Shown: positions 46,700-56,751 of the stretch, piece by piece
How the letters are laid out: every line of letters begins with the position of its first letter
Numbering within the stretch: the stretch's first letter is position 1
IMG/VR virus record: IMGVR_UViG_3300011113_000640
Span: 62,001-126,000 of that record
Direction: 5' to 3' (one strand)
DNA: 64,000 nt
Notes under the pieces: model-generated
Told to the model about the DNA's origin: nothing
What the model saw: the letters and a program-made list of their open reading frames with translations, nothing else
Databases searched by the model: none
Made by a program: the position numbers and the translations under genes

Positions 46700-48303
46700 G
46701 CTAGATAAGTGACAGAGTAGTAAATGGTGCCATTGATGCCAGTGTCTGTGGTAGTGTAATCCAAAGATACATCAGACCCTGTTTGACTGACAGACAGTGT
46801 GGCGCCGGTACTGCCATTCTCTACATAGTCATCGTTGAAGGTTAGAACTGTTCCTGCACCCCCATCTGAAGCAATCAAGATAAAACCTGTGCGATAAAAA
46901 TTATCGCGTATGATGGTGTAATCAATTTTGAAACATTTATTAAACTCGGTGCTGAGCGTAACAACCGTGCCTGTGGAATCGTTGATCAAAGTTGCTTGGG
47001 AGCCGCTGAGTCTGGTATACTGTCCCATCTGCAGGCTTTCGCCATTGGTAGTGGCGATACTGAGAGTGGTAGTACCATTGCCGGGATTGGTCAAACTAAT
47101 ACGCGGATAAATTTCAGCCGAGGTGTCATTGCGTTCAAACATGTCACCTATGCTGACATTGTTGTTGCTTTCAATACTGATGTTGGAAGCAATTACTGTG
47201 TTGTTTGACCCAGTAAATTCATTTCCAACGTCATAGAATACATTGTTGGCACTGGCATTCAAAGCTGTGTTTAAATATTGTCCAAATATGATACCTTCGG
47301 CATAGATATTATCAAATACATTGCCTGTGATCCTGGAACCAGTTGGACCGCCATCAACTGTTGAGCCTGTGCCCAGCAAGATACCTTGATACAAAACATT
47401 TAAATAACTGTTGGTCACAGTCAATCCCTTGGTAGGATAGTCTGTGTACACAGCATTGACCAACCCAGAGAATGTGCAAGTGTCGAACACAATCTGTTGG
47501 CATATGAAACTGGCATCGCTGAGCAGGCTGACACCAATGCTGCCATTGGTGTCTGTTGTGAGATCTGTTGTGGTGCTGGCGCCTGTGATGCCTACGTTTT
47601 TGAATGACATGTTGATGGCGTCTTGTACTAAAAACACGCTGCCAGTGGGATCCAGATGTGTGAATCCCATGTTGGAGATGGTAATGTTCTGTGGGCCGGT
47701 GGCTCCTGCGTTGCCAATGTTGTTGCCAGTTTGTTGCAAGCTGTCAGCTGTGCGTGCCACATAATCCGCCACACCGTCGTCCATGGCGATTACGCTGTTG
47801 TCGCCACCTTCACCAAACAGTGTGGCATACGGCGGAATATTGATACTCGAGGTAATACGATACACGCCAGCTGGAAAATACAAGCTACGACGTATTTGTG
47901 GGTTGACTTCTCGGCAAAACAGCTGATACAGGGCGCGATTAATGGCCGCGGTGTCGTCAGTTGACCCATCGCCTACTGCTCCAAAATCCGTGACCGATGC
48001 ATACTGATCCAACCAACTCTGTAAACTCTGTGTCACAGGTGTGCCCAGAGTAGGTCCGGTCTGCACTGTGTAGCCTGCTGCTTGACCTTTATAGGTATAG
48101 GTGTTGGTAAAAGCCAGGATGTCGCTGAATTCTGTCAGTATTTCTGTGTTGCCTATGACCGGAGCACCATCTTGTATGGTGCCGTTGCCGATGAATAATC
48201 TGCGCGAATCAGTGCTCCACCCTAATTCAGCTCCAGCTAATTGAGGAAGATTTTCTTGTAATCCTTTGCGATTGGTAATCTGCGAAATCTGTACTATGGC
48301 CAC
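46696..48303 (-). CDS. Tailspike-like protein: Mtd-N-type head plus pectate-lyase-like beta-helix
   Basis: LPQLAGAELGWSTDSRRLFIGNG; SVTDFGAVGDGSTDDTAAI...YFPAGVY. Confidence 0.8.
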   Translation of the reverse strand: MAIVQISQITNRKGLQENLPQLAGAELGWSTDSRRLFIGNGTIQDGAPVIGNTEILTEFSDILAFTNTYTYKGQAAGYTVQTGPTLGTPVTQSLQSWLDQYASVTDFGAVGDGSTDDTAAINRALYQLFCREVNPQIRRSLYFPAGVYRITSSINIPPYATLFGEGGDNSVIAMDDGVADYVARTADSLQQTGNNIGNAGATGPQNITISNMGFTHLDPTGSVFLVQDAINMSFKNVGITGASTTTDLTTDTNGSIGVSLLSDASFICQQIVFDTCTFSGLVNAVYTDYPTKGLTVTNSYLNVLYQGILLGTGSTVDGGPTGSRITGNVFDNIYAEGIIFGQYLNTALNASANNVFYDVGNEFTGSNNTVIASNISIESNNNVSIGDMFERNDTSAEIYPRISLTNPGNGTTTLSIATTNGESLQMGQYTRLSGSQATLINDSTGTVVTLSTEFNKCFKIDYTIIRDNFYRTGFILIASDGGAGTVLTFNDDYVENGSTGATLSVSQTGSDVSLDYTTTDTGINGTIYYSVTYLA

Positions 48304-48341
48304 TTGAGTTGTCCTTGAATTCTATCCAGTATTTAGCTGGT

Positions 48342-49052
48342 TTAGGTCCGTAGGTAGTACTGCTCAAGTCTACGCCACCAAGCATCGGCCCAGTGGTCAA
48401 ATTCTGCGTTTTCCAGCACAAATTCTTGATATTCTGGGCGGGCTGTTGGACGGCCTTGGATATCCACTGGTGGTTTTACGCACATCAAAACCACACCCTT
48501 GCGTATGCGTGTGCCATAAACTTCATTGTGTGCCAAGGCATAGGCTGCCAACTGTAGAAAGTAATCTTCTATCCACTCTCGGCGCTTGGGCTTGTTGGTT
48601 TGCTTGTAGTCCAGTATGCTTTCTTCATTTAAATGTATGCCCGCACCATCACTGGTTCCAGCATACAGTTTGGGGAAATACAAGGGTATTTCTACTCCCC
48701 AAAACTCATCTACATTTTTCAATCCATCTTCAATCACAGTTTCAGCCATGGCATGGCTGGCCCATCCAAATGGATTACTTCCTCGGTCTTTAAGTTCACC
48801 ATTTTTTACATAGTGCTCAAGATAGGTATGCATGCGGGTGCCGCGGTTAGCAGCTTCGGTGGTTATGGCCTGTGCTTGGGCATGACCCACTCGGTTGCGC
48901 CATTCCTGCAAGGCCTGTTTCTTTTCCTCGGGTTTGGTTTTTTCCAACACAGTGGTCACACTGGGCAACTTGCCGCCCGGAGTGTCATACAGTCTGCTAC
49001 CGTCCTCAGTGACCCGGCTCAGGGGTTGATAATCAAATCTAGGATTGTACAA
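48342..49052 (-). CDS. PD-(D/E)xK exonuclease (MGME1/Cas4-like fold)
   Basis: LPSVTTVL, RGTRMH, E..L...YAGTSD...ILDYKQ, QLAAYALAH; probable TTG start. Confidence 0.85.
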   Translation of the reverse strand: MYNPRFDYQPLSRVTEDGSRLYDTPGGKLPSVTTVLEKTKPEEKKQALQEWRNRVGHAQAQAITTEAANRGTRMHTYLEHYVKNGELKDRGSNPFGWASHAMAETVIEDGLKNVDEFWGVEIPLYFPKLYAGTSDGAGIHLNEESILDYKQTNKPKRREWIEDYFLQLAAYALAHNEVYGTRIRKGVVLMCVKPPVDIQGRPTARPEYQEFVLENAEFDHWADAWWRRLEQYYLRT

Positions 49053-49054
49053 TA

Positions 49055-49399
49055 TTATACCCGAAAACTTTCTCCGCAACCACAGCGATCCTTTTCAGCC
49101 TGATTACGGAATTCAAACCCTTCGTTGAGACCTTGACGCACATAATCTATTTCTAAATTTTCAAAATAAGGTAGGTCTTTGTCAGAAACATATACACAAA
49201 AATTTTCAAAAAGTTTTTTATATCCAGATTCTAAATAATCAACTGTGTCTAAATATTCTAGCGTGTAAGCCAGTCCTGAGCAACCTGTGGTTCTTACTCC
49301 TATACGGATGCCCACTCCTTTTCCACGACGTTTGAGATTGGCTTGGATTTTTGAGATGGCCTGATCAGTTACTGTTATCAAATTTTCTTTTGTAGTCAT
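49055..49399 (-). CDS. iscA: A-type Fe-S carrier IscA/HesB
   Basis: TTGCSGLAY and CGCGESF. Confidence 0.92.
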   Translation of the reverse strand: MTTKENLITVTDQAISKIQANLKRRGKGVGIRIGVRTTGCSGLAYTLEYLDTVDYLESGYKKLFENFCVYVSDKDLPYFENLEIDYVRQGLNEGFEFRNQAEKDRCGCGESFRV

Positions 49400-50378
49400 T
49401 CAATATACTCTGATAATTATTTGCATTATAGTCTGCCACAAGATTAATTTGGTACAGTAATTCTTGCAGTTGATCATTGGGCATGGCACTTATGCGGCGT
49501 ATTTCTTCTTGGATCATGTCAAACCGCCGATCGGTGTTGGGTTCTTGATCATAGCTTTCGTTGATCCAGGGTCTGAATGTGCGAAATCCTATATTTTTCA
49601 AATGCTCCAGTTGACCATGTGTGCCCATCAAAATAAAAGGTTTGCCTGCGTATAAACATCTAGTGGTTTTTTCCGTCCACCAACCATTTTCATAAGCATT
49701 AGTTTCAAGCACCACATCTATATGACATAGTCCAAAGATGTTGTGATAATCTTTGAGTGCCATGTAATCATCCAAACGACCGTTGTATCCTGAAATAATT
49801 TTTTTCAACTGTTGAGAATGTCTGTTGTGCAACCATTCCATCTGCCGAGGGTAATGATTTATAACCGCATCCATCTGTTGTTCTACCCATTTTATACTAG
49901 GATGAAAGGCCACCACACTGTGTTCAGTCATCTCGGTTTCTAGAAAATACGCCATCAACAGTCGATGAGGGGTGTATCTGCCATAAAATCCACCAAACAG
50001 TTTTGCATTTGAATTTCGTTGACACTTGTCTTTTTGTACATATATTATAGCATGATCAAAACTGCTGCTGGGTGCAGTGATTACAGTGACCCAATCACTT
50101 TCGGTAAGAGGCCAATGATCCCATATTTCAAGAATCATCCTTGATCGAGGTATATCATATGTGGTTGATATGTATTCGCACACCCGATCAAATGCTACCA
50201 TCTTAAACGGATGACCATCTTCGGCAAAATTAAATCTTACAGTTTTTGTTTTTAATTGTTCTCTCAGTTCATGTAAGGTTCTATACAATTCTTGAAGATG
50301 AAAACAATATCCATCAATTTCTATAAACCCAATGCCGCGAATCGTAATTTCTGTGTCAGTGACTGTTACGCAATCCAT
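49365..50378 (-). CDS. Glycosyltransferase-like protein (TEK family paralogue 2)
   Basis: VVLET...TEKTTRCLYAGKPFI...LKNIGFRTF...ESYD. Confidence 0.55.
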   Translation of the reverse strand: MDCVTVTDTEITIRGIGFIEIDGYCFHLQELYRTLHELREQLKTKTVRFNFAEDGHPFKMVAFDRVCEYISTTYDIPRSRMILEIWDHWPLTESDWVTVITAPSSSFDHAIIYVQKDKCQRNSNAKLFGGFYGRYTPHRLLMAYFLETEMTEHSVVAFHPSIKWVEQQMDAVINHYPRQMEWLHNRHSQQLKKIISGYNGRLDDYMALKDYHNIFGLCHIDVVLETNAYENGWWTEKTTRCLYAGKPFILMGTHGQLEHLKNIGFRTFRPWINESYDQEPNTDRRFDMIQEEIRRISAMPNDQLQELLYQINLVADYNANNYQSILNDYKRKFDNSN

Positions 50379-50765
50379 CTATGATTCGCCTAGATGTTTT
50401 CTCTTATAATCTTCAATAGCAGCCTTGATCGCGTCCTCAGCCAGGATGGAGCAATGGATCTTAACGGGCGGTAAGGCAAGTTCTTCTGCAATCTGTGAGT
50501 TCTTAATCTCTCCTGCCTGCTCCAACGTTTTGCCCTTGACCCACTCTGTGACAAGTGAGGAGCTCGCAATAGCTGAACCGCAACCGTAAGTTTTAAATTT
50601 CGCATCTTGGATGACACCATCTTGTACCCTTATTTGCAGTTTCATCACGTCGCCACAGGCCGGAGCACCAACCATGCCGGTACCTACATTGACATCGCCA
50701 GTATCCATCTTGCCCACGTTGCGTGGATTCTCATAGTGATCAATTACTTTTTCTGAATAGGCCAT
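50379..50765 (-). CDS. iscU: Fe-S cluster scaffold IscU
   Basis: MAYSEKVIDHYENPRNVG, APACGDVM, GCGSAIASSS, LPPVKIHCS. Confidence 0.97.
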   Translation of the reverse strand: MAYSEKVIDHYENPRNVGKMDTGDVNVGTGMVGAPACGDVMKLQIRVQDGVIQDAKFKTYGCGSAIASSSLVTEWVKGKTLEQAGEIKNSQIAEELALPPVKIHCSILAEDAIKAAIEDYKRKHLGES

Positions 50766-50820
50766 TTGACTCTCCTAGTAATATTATAACACTGTATGTA
50801 AGTATTTACAACCTTTTTGA

Positions 50821-51720
50821 TTAAACCGGTTCCAGGGTATATTGTTTTCGGGCTTCTTTTTTGCTGACAGCAAACAATCTGTTTTTGTAGTCTAAACTTT
50901 CTGGACAAAATTTACACATTTCTAATTGATCGTCAATGGTAGACAAAAAGTCCTGGCCTCGTTGTGCATATTCATATGGCGATAAGGGTTGGTAGGAATT
51001 TAAAATAGCTCTATCTTCGTCTGAGATATCAAATCGATGTTGATGGTCAAACTCTGGAAATAGTGCTGCCGGTCCACATTTATACAGCCGGCCTTTGATC
51101 ATGTGATAATTTTTATGTCTGCGGAATCCGCAACTGTTGTGGGCCACTTCGGGTCTGCTGTTGTGAAGTGTAAATTTACCTGATTGGTCACGTTTGATTG
51201 CACTATCGTAAAAATCATATTGTATCCACAACGGGATGGCAACTTTGTTTTCATCAATCCAGGCAATATGAGCACCAAACTCGTTGCGAGGATCATCTTT
51301 TTCTACTTTTGTAATTTTACCTCGAAGAAACTTGTGAACTTCAGCTTCAAATTCATCAATGGTATTGGGATTATGCCAACTGATGCCCATCCAATTGCCA
51401 TTGACCTGTAGTGCTTCGTACAGTCCCTTTACGTTGTTTAAACGTGTGCCATTTGAAAGTATCTGCACATTGGTTCCAAATATGCGATTGAGTCCATGGA
51501 TCCAATCCATGATGTCAGGATTCAACAAGGGTTCACCACCCAGGAGCACCATGTGATCAATGTCCACATACTCGGCCCATTTTTCATAGTCAGCTTCGTA
51601 ATCTGCCCAGCGTTGCCAGCCAGCGAAATTGTAGTTGTTGAAACGGTTGCAACCTTCACAGGTAAGGTTACACACATTGGTTATGTAAAACTCAATTTTT
51701 GAAAATTTGTGTTTGATCAC
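50821..51720 (-). CDS. Radical SAM protein
   Basis: CNLTCEGC, GGEPLL, C-terminal Cys residues. Confidence 0.85.
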   Translation of the reverse strand: MIKHKFSKIEFYITNVCNLTCEGCNRFNNYNFAGWQRWADYEADYEKWAEYVDIDHMVLLGGEPLLNPDIMDWIHGLNRIFGTNVQILSNGTRLNNVKGLYEALQVNGNWMGISWHNPNTIDEFEAEVHKFLRGKITKVEKDDPRNEFGAHIAWIDENKVAIPLWIQYDFYDSAIKRDQSGKFTLHNSRPEVAHNSCGFRRHKNYHMIKGRLYKCGPAALFPEFDHQHRFDISDEDRAILNSYQPLSPYEYAQRGQDFLSTIDDQLEMCKFCPESLDYKNRLFAVSKKEARKQYTLEPV

Positions 51721-52058
51721 TGACGACGTTTCATTGCTGCTTTGGCGTTGGAATCTACCACGGCACGAGCTTGATCCACACTCATGCCTGTGGTGGCCTC
51801 AGTGTCACCTTTGAAGCGAACCACGCCTGAGTTGGGTTCCAACGGTTCTAGCAAATTTTTCAATGGATCTTGTGTGATCAAATCGGCTAGTGTCTCTGGT
51901 GTAAGCTCGACACCCACGCTTTTGGCTGCTTGGATATAAGCATCCTGGCTGATCTGCTTGCGAGCAGATTCGTCCTTGGCTCGATCAACAAGAAACTTGG
52001 TTATGGCTACTAACTTGTCGGCGTTGGGACGGGTTTCAGCAAACTCACGAATTAACAT
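51717..52058 (-). CDS. Hypothetical late protein
   Basis: 113 aa, MLIRE N-terminus. Confidence 0.65.
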   Translation of the reverse strand: MLIREFAETRPNADKLVAITKFLVDRAKDESARKQISQDAYIQAAKSVGVELTPETLADLITQDPLKNLLEPLEPNSGVVRFKGDTEATTGMSVDQARAVVDSNAKAAMKRRQ

Positions 52059-52927
52059 TATCTACGGGCACGACCCAATGATGCGGCTGGTGTTTCTGCA
52101 CCGGGCTCTTCAATGTCAATGTCAGTGACATCAATTTCTTCTTCACCGGGCGCTGGTAACTCGGCTGGCATTTCGGCACCAAGGTCTGCGCCCATGTCGG
52201 CGCCTGGTACTGTAGGAGCTTGACCTGTGACCACACCCAAGGCAGCTTCCAACTGTGTCTTGGCGCCTTGTAAGTTTTGCAACAGGCCTGCTAGAGCAGC
52301 TGTGGCATCGGTGTTGAACTGCATGGCCTGATCCGTGCCAACTTCGTTCTTGATCTGATCTACCAGGGCTGGTAGGTCTTTGAACTGCATGGCCGAGATC
52401 TGTTCGCTCATTTTCTGTACTTGATCAACCATATCTTGGCTGGCCAAGACCACTTGAGCTTGCTGAACTTCACTGGCTTCTTTGAGTCGTTGACGAAGAC
52501 TTCTACGACCTTCCATGGTAGGCACGTTCATGCCACGTTGTAAGTCAGCTTTTTGTTTGTTGAGATCAGTGACTTGCTTTTCAATGTCACGGATTTGATC
52601 TTGTTTGTTGCGTTTGTCCTGGGCCACCTGAGCACTCTGCAGAGCCGCTTGTTTGCGTGGATCCACCGGCGCTGTGGCAGGTGCCATGGCCTGTGTGGCC
52701 AGAGCCTGTTCCATGACTACCAATTTCAAATAAGCAGGATTTTGTTCACTGTGATGGAATTCCGGAGTCCGACGATGTTCAGCTATCATGCCACGCACAC
52801 GCTTGAGCATGCCGCGGGCTTGCGATGGGGTTATCTGGTCAAATTTGACGGTATTGCCAAAGTAGCTTTCAAATACTTTAGCGGCTTGTTTTGTTGGGTT
52901 GGCCGCGGCCAATTCGTTGAGTTTCAT
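52058..52927 (-). CDS. Putative head/scaffold-like protein
   Basis: MKLNEL start; coiled-coil; acidic tail ending LGRARR. Confidence 0.6.
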   Translation of the reverse strand: MKLNELAAANPTKQAAKVFESYFGNTVKFDQITPSQARGMLKRVRGMIAEHRRTPEFHHSEQNPAYLKLVVMEQALATQAMAPATAPVDPRKQAALQSAQVAQDKRNKQDQIRDIEKQVTDLNKQKADLQRGMNVPTMEGRRSLRQRLKEASEVQQAQVVLASQDMVDQVQKMSEQISAMQFKDLPALVDQIKNEVGTDQAMQFNTDATAALAGLLQNLQGAKTQLEAALGVVTGQAPTVPGADMGADLGAEMPAELPAPGEEEIDVTDIDIEEPGAETPAASLGRARR

Positions 52928-53375
52928 CTTCAAATCCTCGTTGTTGAACATATTTAGCCCACTTGACACATTTGGTCAGTTGATTTTCCAAGTGTTTTTT
53001 GTGGATGATCTTGCTTTCCAGCTTGGCCAAAATAGTTTCGCGCAACACAGGATCACGGCTACGATCACCAATGCCGGCTCTAGTGGCTATGTCATGGGTC
53101 AAATAAGCCAATTTGCGGTCGGTTTCTAATAGTTCTCGGGCAGTGTTGTAGGCACGATTTTTGTCGGCTATGCACCAGCTGAGTGCTGAACGAGTAGAGC
53201 TGAATGTGCCCACTTCGGTGGCCGAGCAAAACACTGTATAACCTGTTTTCGCCGGTGAGATCCTGTAGCGATCAAACACTTGATAAATTCCATCGTCATT
53301 TTGGTAAATTACATTGGGCATGAGATCGCGAAATTCCTGGCGGAACATGCGCTCAACATCTTGTTCTCGAATCAT
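52878..53375 (-). CDS. Hypothetical protein
   Basis: MIREQD start. Confidence 0.6.
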   Translation of the reverse strand: MIREQDVERMFRQEFRDLMPNVIYQNDDGIYQVFDRYRISPAKTGYTVFCSATEVGTFSSTRSALSWCIADKNRAYNTARELLETDRKLAYLTHDIATRAGIGDRSRDPVLRETILAKLESKIIHKKHLENQLTKCVKWAKYVQQRGFEDETQRIGRGQPNKTSR

Positions 53376-53635
53376 TTCAATACGTAGTTGGTGACCAGAT
53401 ATATCACAGCGGCTGTCAGGGCACCAATCAGGCCCACACCCCAACCTATGAGTTGGTCTGTGCGTTTTTCACTCATGCGTTGCACCATGTCATGCACTTC
53501 ACGCAACAGGGTTTCCAGGTGGTTGATCTTGCCATCCACATGCTCAAATCTGGCTTCCAGCTGGTTGTAGCGTTCGGCACACAGTTCCACGTGTGCTTCC
53601 AGGCTCTTCTTTTCAATTTCAGTGGCTTCGCTCAT
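53372..53635 (-). CDS. Coiled-coil protein with C-terminal TM segment (XhlA/holin-like architecture)
   Basis: HVELCAERY, heptads and one TM segment. Confidence 0.55.
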   Translation of the reverse strand: MSEATEIEKKSLEAHVELCAERYNQLEARFEHVDGKINHLETLLREVHDMVQRMSEKRTDQLIGWGVGLIGALTAAVIYLVTNYVLK

Positions 53636-53637
53636 GA

Positions 53638-54066
53638 TCAAGTATTTATGGACATAGGTGCGAACCAAATATTCTGACGTGGGCCCAAGGTCACTAGATA
53701 AGGGTCAACGTCAGGGTCGTTGTTTAATGCTATCAACATGGGCACACCTTCTGCGTCTGCACGCAGAACCTGTGTAGGGTCATCTTCAGCACCATAGATA
53801 CCTTCGCTTTCGGTTTCAAATTCAAACATCCAGCGTGTGCCCGTGATGTCCAACACTGGATCAGTAAGGTCAAACAACTGTGTGCGCAGGCCCAGTATTT
53901 GTGTTATGGTTTCCCAGTTGCGTTGTTGATTGCGGCTGCGATTCCAACTTTCAGTGTCACGGATTTCCTGGCCAGCGCGGTCATGAAATGGCATGCGTGT
54001 GATCTTGCAGTGTCCTGTGACTCCGGTGGCCGTGATATCAAACAGGGTTTGGCACATGTATCTCAT
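53638..54066 (-). CDS. Hypothetical protein
   Basis: TLFDITATG...RNQQRNWET...GVPM. Confidence 0.65.
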   Translation of the reverse strand: MRYMCQTLFDITATGVTGHCKITRMPFHDRAGQEIRDTESWNRSRNQQRNWETITQILGLRTQLFDLTDPVLDITGTRWMFEFETESEGIYGAEDDPTQVLRADAEGVPMLIALNNDPDVDPYLVTLGPRQNIWFAPMSINT

Positions 54067-54314
54067 TCTTGTCGACCTAGTTCATAGATGATTTCCACCT
54101 GTTCGCACAGTCGATCCAGTTCAGGATTGCCTCGACGGGCTTGGAATATGTCCACCCAGCGTTTTTGTGCTTCTAGTTCTTTGAGTTCTTGTTGCAGGTT
54201 GGGATCTTGCCAATGCAACTCTCGTTTGATGGTGCCGGGTTTTCTGGCATACACTGTGCGGCCACCGTCGGGGCTTTCAAATATAGTTACTTCGGTGATT
54301 TTACTGACTTCCAT
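54063..54314 (-). CDS. Hypothetical protein
   Basis: IFESPDGGRTVYAR motif. Confidence 0.7.
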   Translation of the reverse strand: MEVSKITEVTIFESPDGGRTVYARKPGTIKRELHWQDPNLQQELKELEAQKRWVDIFQARRGNPELDRLCEQVEIIYELGRQE

Positions 54315-54356
54315 GATGTATTTAACTATTGTAACAGGGTGCTAGATAAAGTCAAC

Positions 54357-54379
54357 AAAAAACCCGCCGCAGCGGGTTT
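54357..54379 (-). terminator. Intrinsic terminator
   Basis: AAACCCGC-N4-GCGGGTTT followed by a U-tract, after the 54403 gene. Confidence 0.8.
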
Positions 54380-54402
54380 GATGTGATAACAAATTCAACT
54401 GA

Positions 54403-54804
54403 TTAGATATCAGCCTGGTTTGTGAATGCGGCTGTGCCAGTGGCAGAGCTGATACCATAAGCACCGGCATTTGCACCTTGTGCAGCAGCCAAAGCAAGAG
54501 CAACGTTGGCAAATGCGCCAGTTGGATATACACCAACTGCAATGGTGGTTGTTGTTGGAACTTGATACAAAGCAACCGTGGTTGTCTGTTGCAACGCTTG
54601 TAACACGTTACCAACAAAACCATTTACACCACCTTGTGCAACCAAAGTTGCATTAGCTGTAAAAGTGTAAAAGTCTAACTTGGGACCGGCTACTTGAACA
54701 GGACCTTGAGCAACAATGTTAGCACCTTGAGCAACTGTACCGTTGAGCTCGTCTGTTGCGAATACTGGTTGTGTACTACCAGAAACTTTAGTGATAAATG
54801 CCAT
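54403..54804 (-). CDS. Probable abundant virion protein (decoration-like)
   Basis: A/G/T/V-rich, strongly biased codons, AAGGAG RBS, TAAATA promoter at 54845, own terminator. Confidence 0.6.
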   Translation of the reverse strand: MAFITKVSGSTQPVFATDELNGTVAQGANIVAQGPVQVAGPKLDFYTFTANATLVAQGGVNGFVGNVLQALQQTTTVALYQVPTTTTIAVGVYPTGAFANVALALAAAQGANAGAYGISSATGTAAFTNQADI

Positions 54805-54873
54805 TTTAAATCTCCTTAATATATGGCCACAATGGGCCTACTTTTATTTATACCTTTTGGAGAAAATCTGGAG

Positions 54874-56751
54874 TTAGGTGACCAGATTTGGGTTGTTTAA
54901 GATGCGGTTTCCGGCACTGAACCCAAAGCGATTTACCAACTTGGCACGTCCGGCATCGGTGGCTAGGACCCAGCCTTCTTGTCCGGGTTGTTGGCGATCC
55001 AACTGTGCCAGCATGTCCATCTTGATTTCATGCAACAGCAAGAACGCTGTGAATGCGGCTGTGATGCCCGACATGTTGCTTCTGGGGCTCTGCAGGTATT
55101 CCACTATGTTGTTGTATTTTCTTGGAGTTACGTTTTTCTGCAACCAAGCTCCAAAGTCTGGCAATAAATTTTCATAGTCAGTGGTGATCCTGCTGTTGAT
55201 GTAGCGTTTGCACAAGGCAGGCAGGTCACTGAGTTGTGCACCGCGAAGTTCAGCAGGATTGAACAGACCGTTGATGTCAGAACCGTGAGAGCTGACCACT
55301 GCACGCAGTTGATCTACGAGCTTTTTGTTGGGTGTGACATTCTTGATGTCTTTGACCGTGGGCTCAATTATGAGCAAGCCCGGCACTGGATCTAGATTTG
55401 CACTGCGTATGGGTTCTGCTGCGGCATCGGCAGTTTTGTATCGGGTATGCACGGCTATGCCCACTTCACTGTTGCCAATGGCCTGGCCCAATTTACTGGC
55501 GGCCGGAATGCGATATTCCACAAAGTTGGGTTTGAATTCATAGTTGCCCGACACTTCAGGTGGAGTTTCAGTGTACAGCAGATCGCCTTGCAAGTATCCG
55601 CGGAAGTTTTCAGGCGTGGCAGCTTCCAGCATGGGCCATAGTTTAGCATAAATGCCTATCAACTCACCACGTTCCCCGCCACGCTGATTCATGATACCAG
55701 CCAACTGCTGTATACTGGTAGCACGGCCCTCGTAACCTTTGGCACCAAATCCGCTCTTGTCTGTGAGAACAAAACGACCTTGTTCGTCGCGGCCCCAGAT
55801 AATAGCGGGTTTGCCATCCCATTTGACTGTGGTGGTTCGGCGTGTGTCTTCGGCGGCTGCACGTATGATGGCCATGGCTTCTTCTATACCACGTGTGCCG
55901 CGATCAAACACCAGATCTTCTATGTGTGGAATCCTTGCTTCGGCTTCCATCAAAGTGGATTCGATCAAGGGCGTCATGCCTTGATTTACAATCCTGTCTC
56001 TCAGTTTGGCCAAGAAATGCACATCAGTTACAGGTTTGAACAATTCTGCACTTTCCAAGAATGGCAGGCCTTCGCGCTTCATGTGTTCGCGGAAGTCGGC
56101 CAGTTTAGATTCACGTTGAGCATCGGTGCTGAGTGCTTGTAGTATGCTTTCCACCGAAGCTAGGTCTTGCCGGGTGGCTGTTTTATTGAGCAGTAGTTTG
56201 GCCACAGCATCTGGATCATCGGTGATAATTTTGTCTGTGGTACGATCTGCTATGCCAGAGATTTGATTGAGTTTGTAGCCCATGCTCTTGGCTATGCTGT
56301 TCATGAGCACATTGCGTTCTTTGCCTTTGTATTTGGAATCCGCAGGCATGGCACCCAACACAAACTTTGACCATGGCACGTTTTTAAGAAACATAAAGTC
56401 AGTTTGCACGTAGCCCTGTTCTGGTCTACCAGTGATAGGTGTAAGGAAATGCACTGCTGTGCCGCTTTTGCGAACCCACTCATCGGGTTTGAATCCATGA
56501 CTGGCGGCCCATTGTCGGAGTCTTGTTTCCAACTGTTCTTTGGTTACCCGGGTAGAATCTACGGCGATATCTAAATCACCACTGGTGTCTTTGATACCAG
56601 TGCTACCAAGTGTGTTGTTTTGTAGATCCAGCCCAGGCAGCAGTTCTTCCAACCAGGCCAAGGTAGGTTTGACATCAGTCTGGTTGATGCGTTGTGTCAG
56701 ACTACGGCCGTCGGCATCTTTGAATACGTTGCCACCTTCAAAAATGTTCAT
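54874..56751 (-). CDS. Fusion protein: Pol-beta-type nucleotidyltransferase-like domain plus KWDG (DUF6267/ligase-like) domain
   Basis: LGSTG...SGDLDIAVD...VQTD; HIED...TVKWDG...QGDLL...EGWV...KLVNR. Confidence 0.6.
   Translation of the reverse strand: MNIFEGGNVFKDADGRSLTQRINQTDVKPTLAWLEELLPGLDLQNNTLGSTGIKDTSGDLDIAVDSTRVTKEQLETRLRQWAASHGFKPDEWVRKSGTAVHFLTPITGRPEQGYVQTDFMFLKNVPWSKFVLGAMPADSKYKGKERNVLMNSIAKSMGYKLNQISGIADRTTDKIITDDPDAVAKLLLNKTATRQDLASVESILQALSTDAQRESKLADFREHMKREGLPFLESAELFKPVTDVHFLAKLRDRIVNQGMTPLIESTLMEAEARIPHIEDLVFDRGTRGIEEAMAIIRAAAEDTRRTTTVKWDGKPAIIWGRDEQGRFVLTDKSGFGAKGYEGRATSIQQLAGIMNQRGGERGELIGIYAKLWPMLEAATPENFRGYLQGDLLYTETPPEVSGNYEFKPNFVEYRIPAASKLGQAIGNSEVGIAVHTRYKTADAAAEPIRSANLDPVPGLLIIEPTVKDIKNVTPNKKLVDQLRAVVSSHGSDINGLFNPAELRGAQLSDLPALCKRYINSRITTDYENLLPDFGAWLQKNVTPRKYNNIVEYLQSPRSNMSGITAAFTAFLLLHEIKMDMLAQLDRQQPGQEGWVLATDAGRAKLVNRFGFSAGNRILNNPNLVT

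Noticed and set aside
46696-48303. Mtd-like N-terminus as a diversity-generating retroelement target
   Set aside because: No reverse transcriptase and no adenine-mismatched TR/VR repeat pair was seen in the window.
48342-49052. Cas4-like nuclease as a sign of CRISPR-Cas
   Set aside because: No repeat-spacer array or other cas genes were seen and there is no four-Cys Fe-S motif; it fits a stand-alone phage exonuclease.
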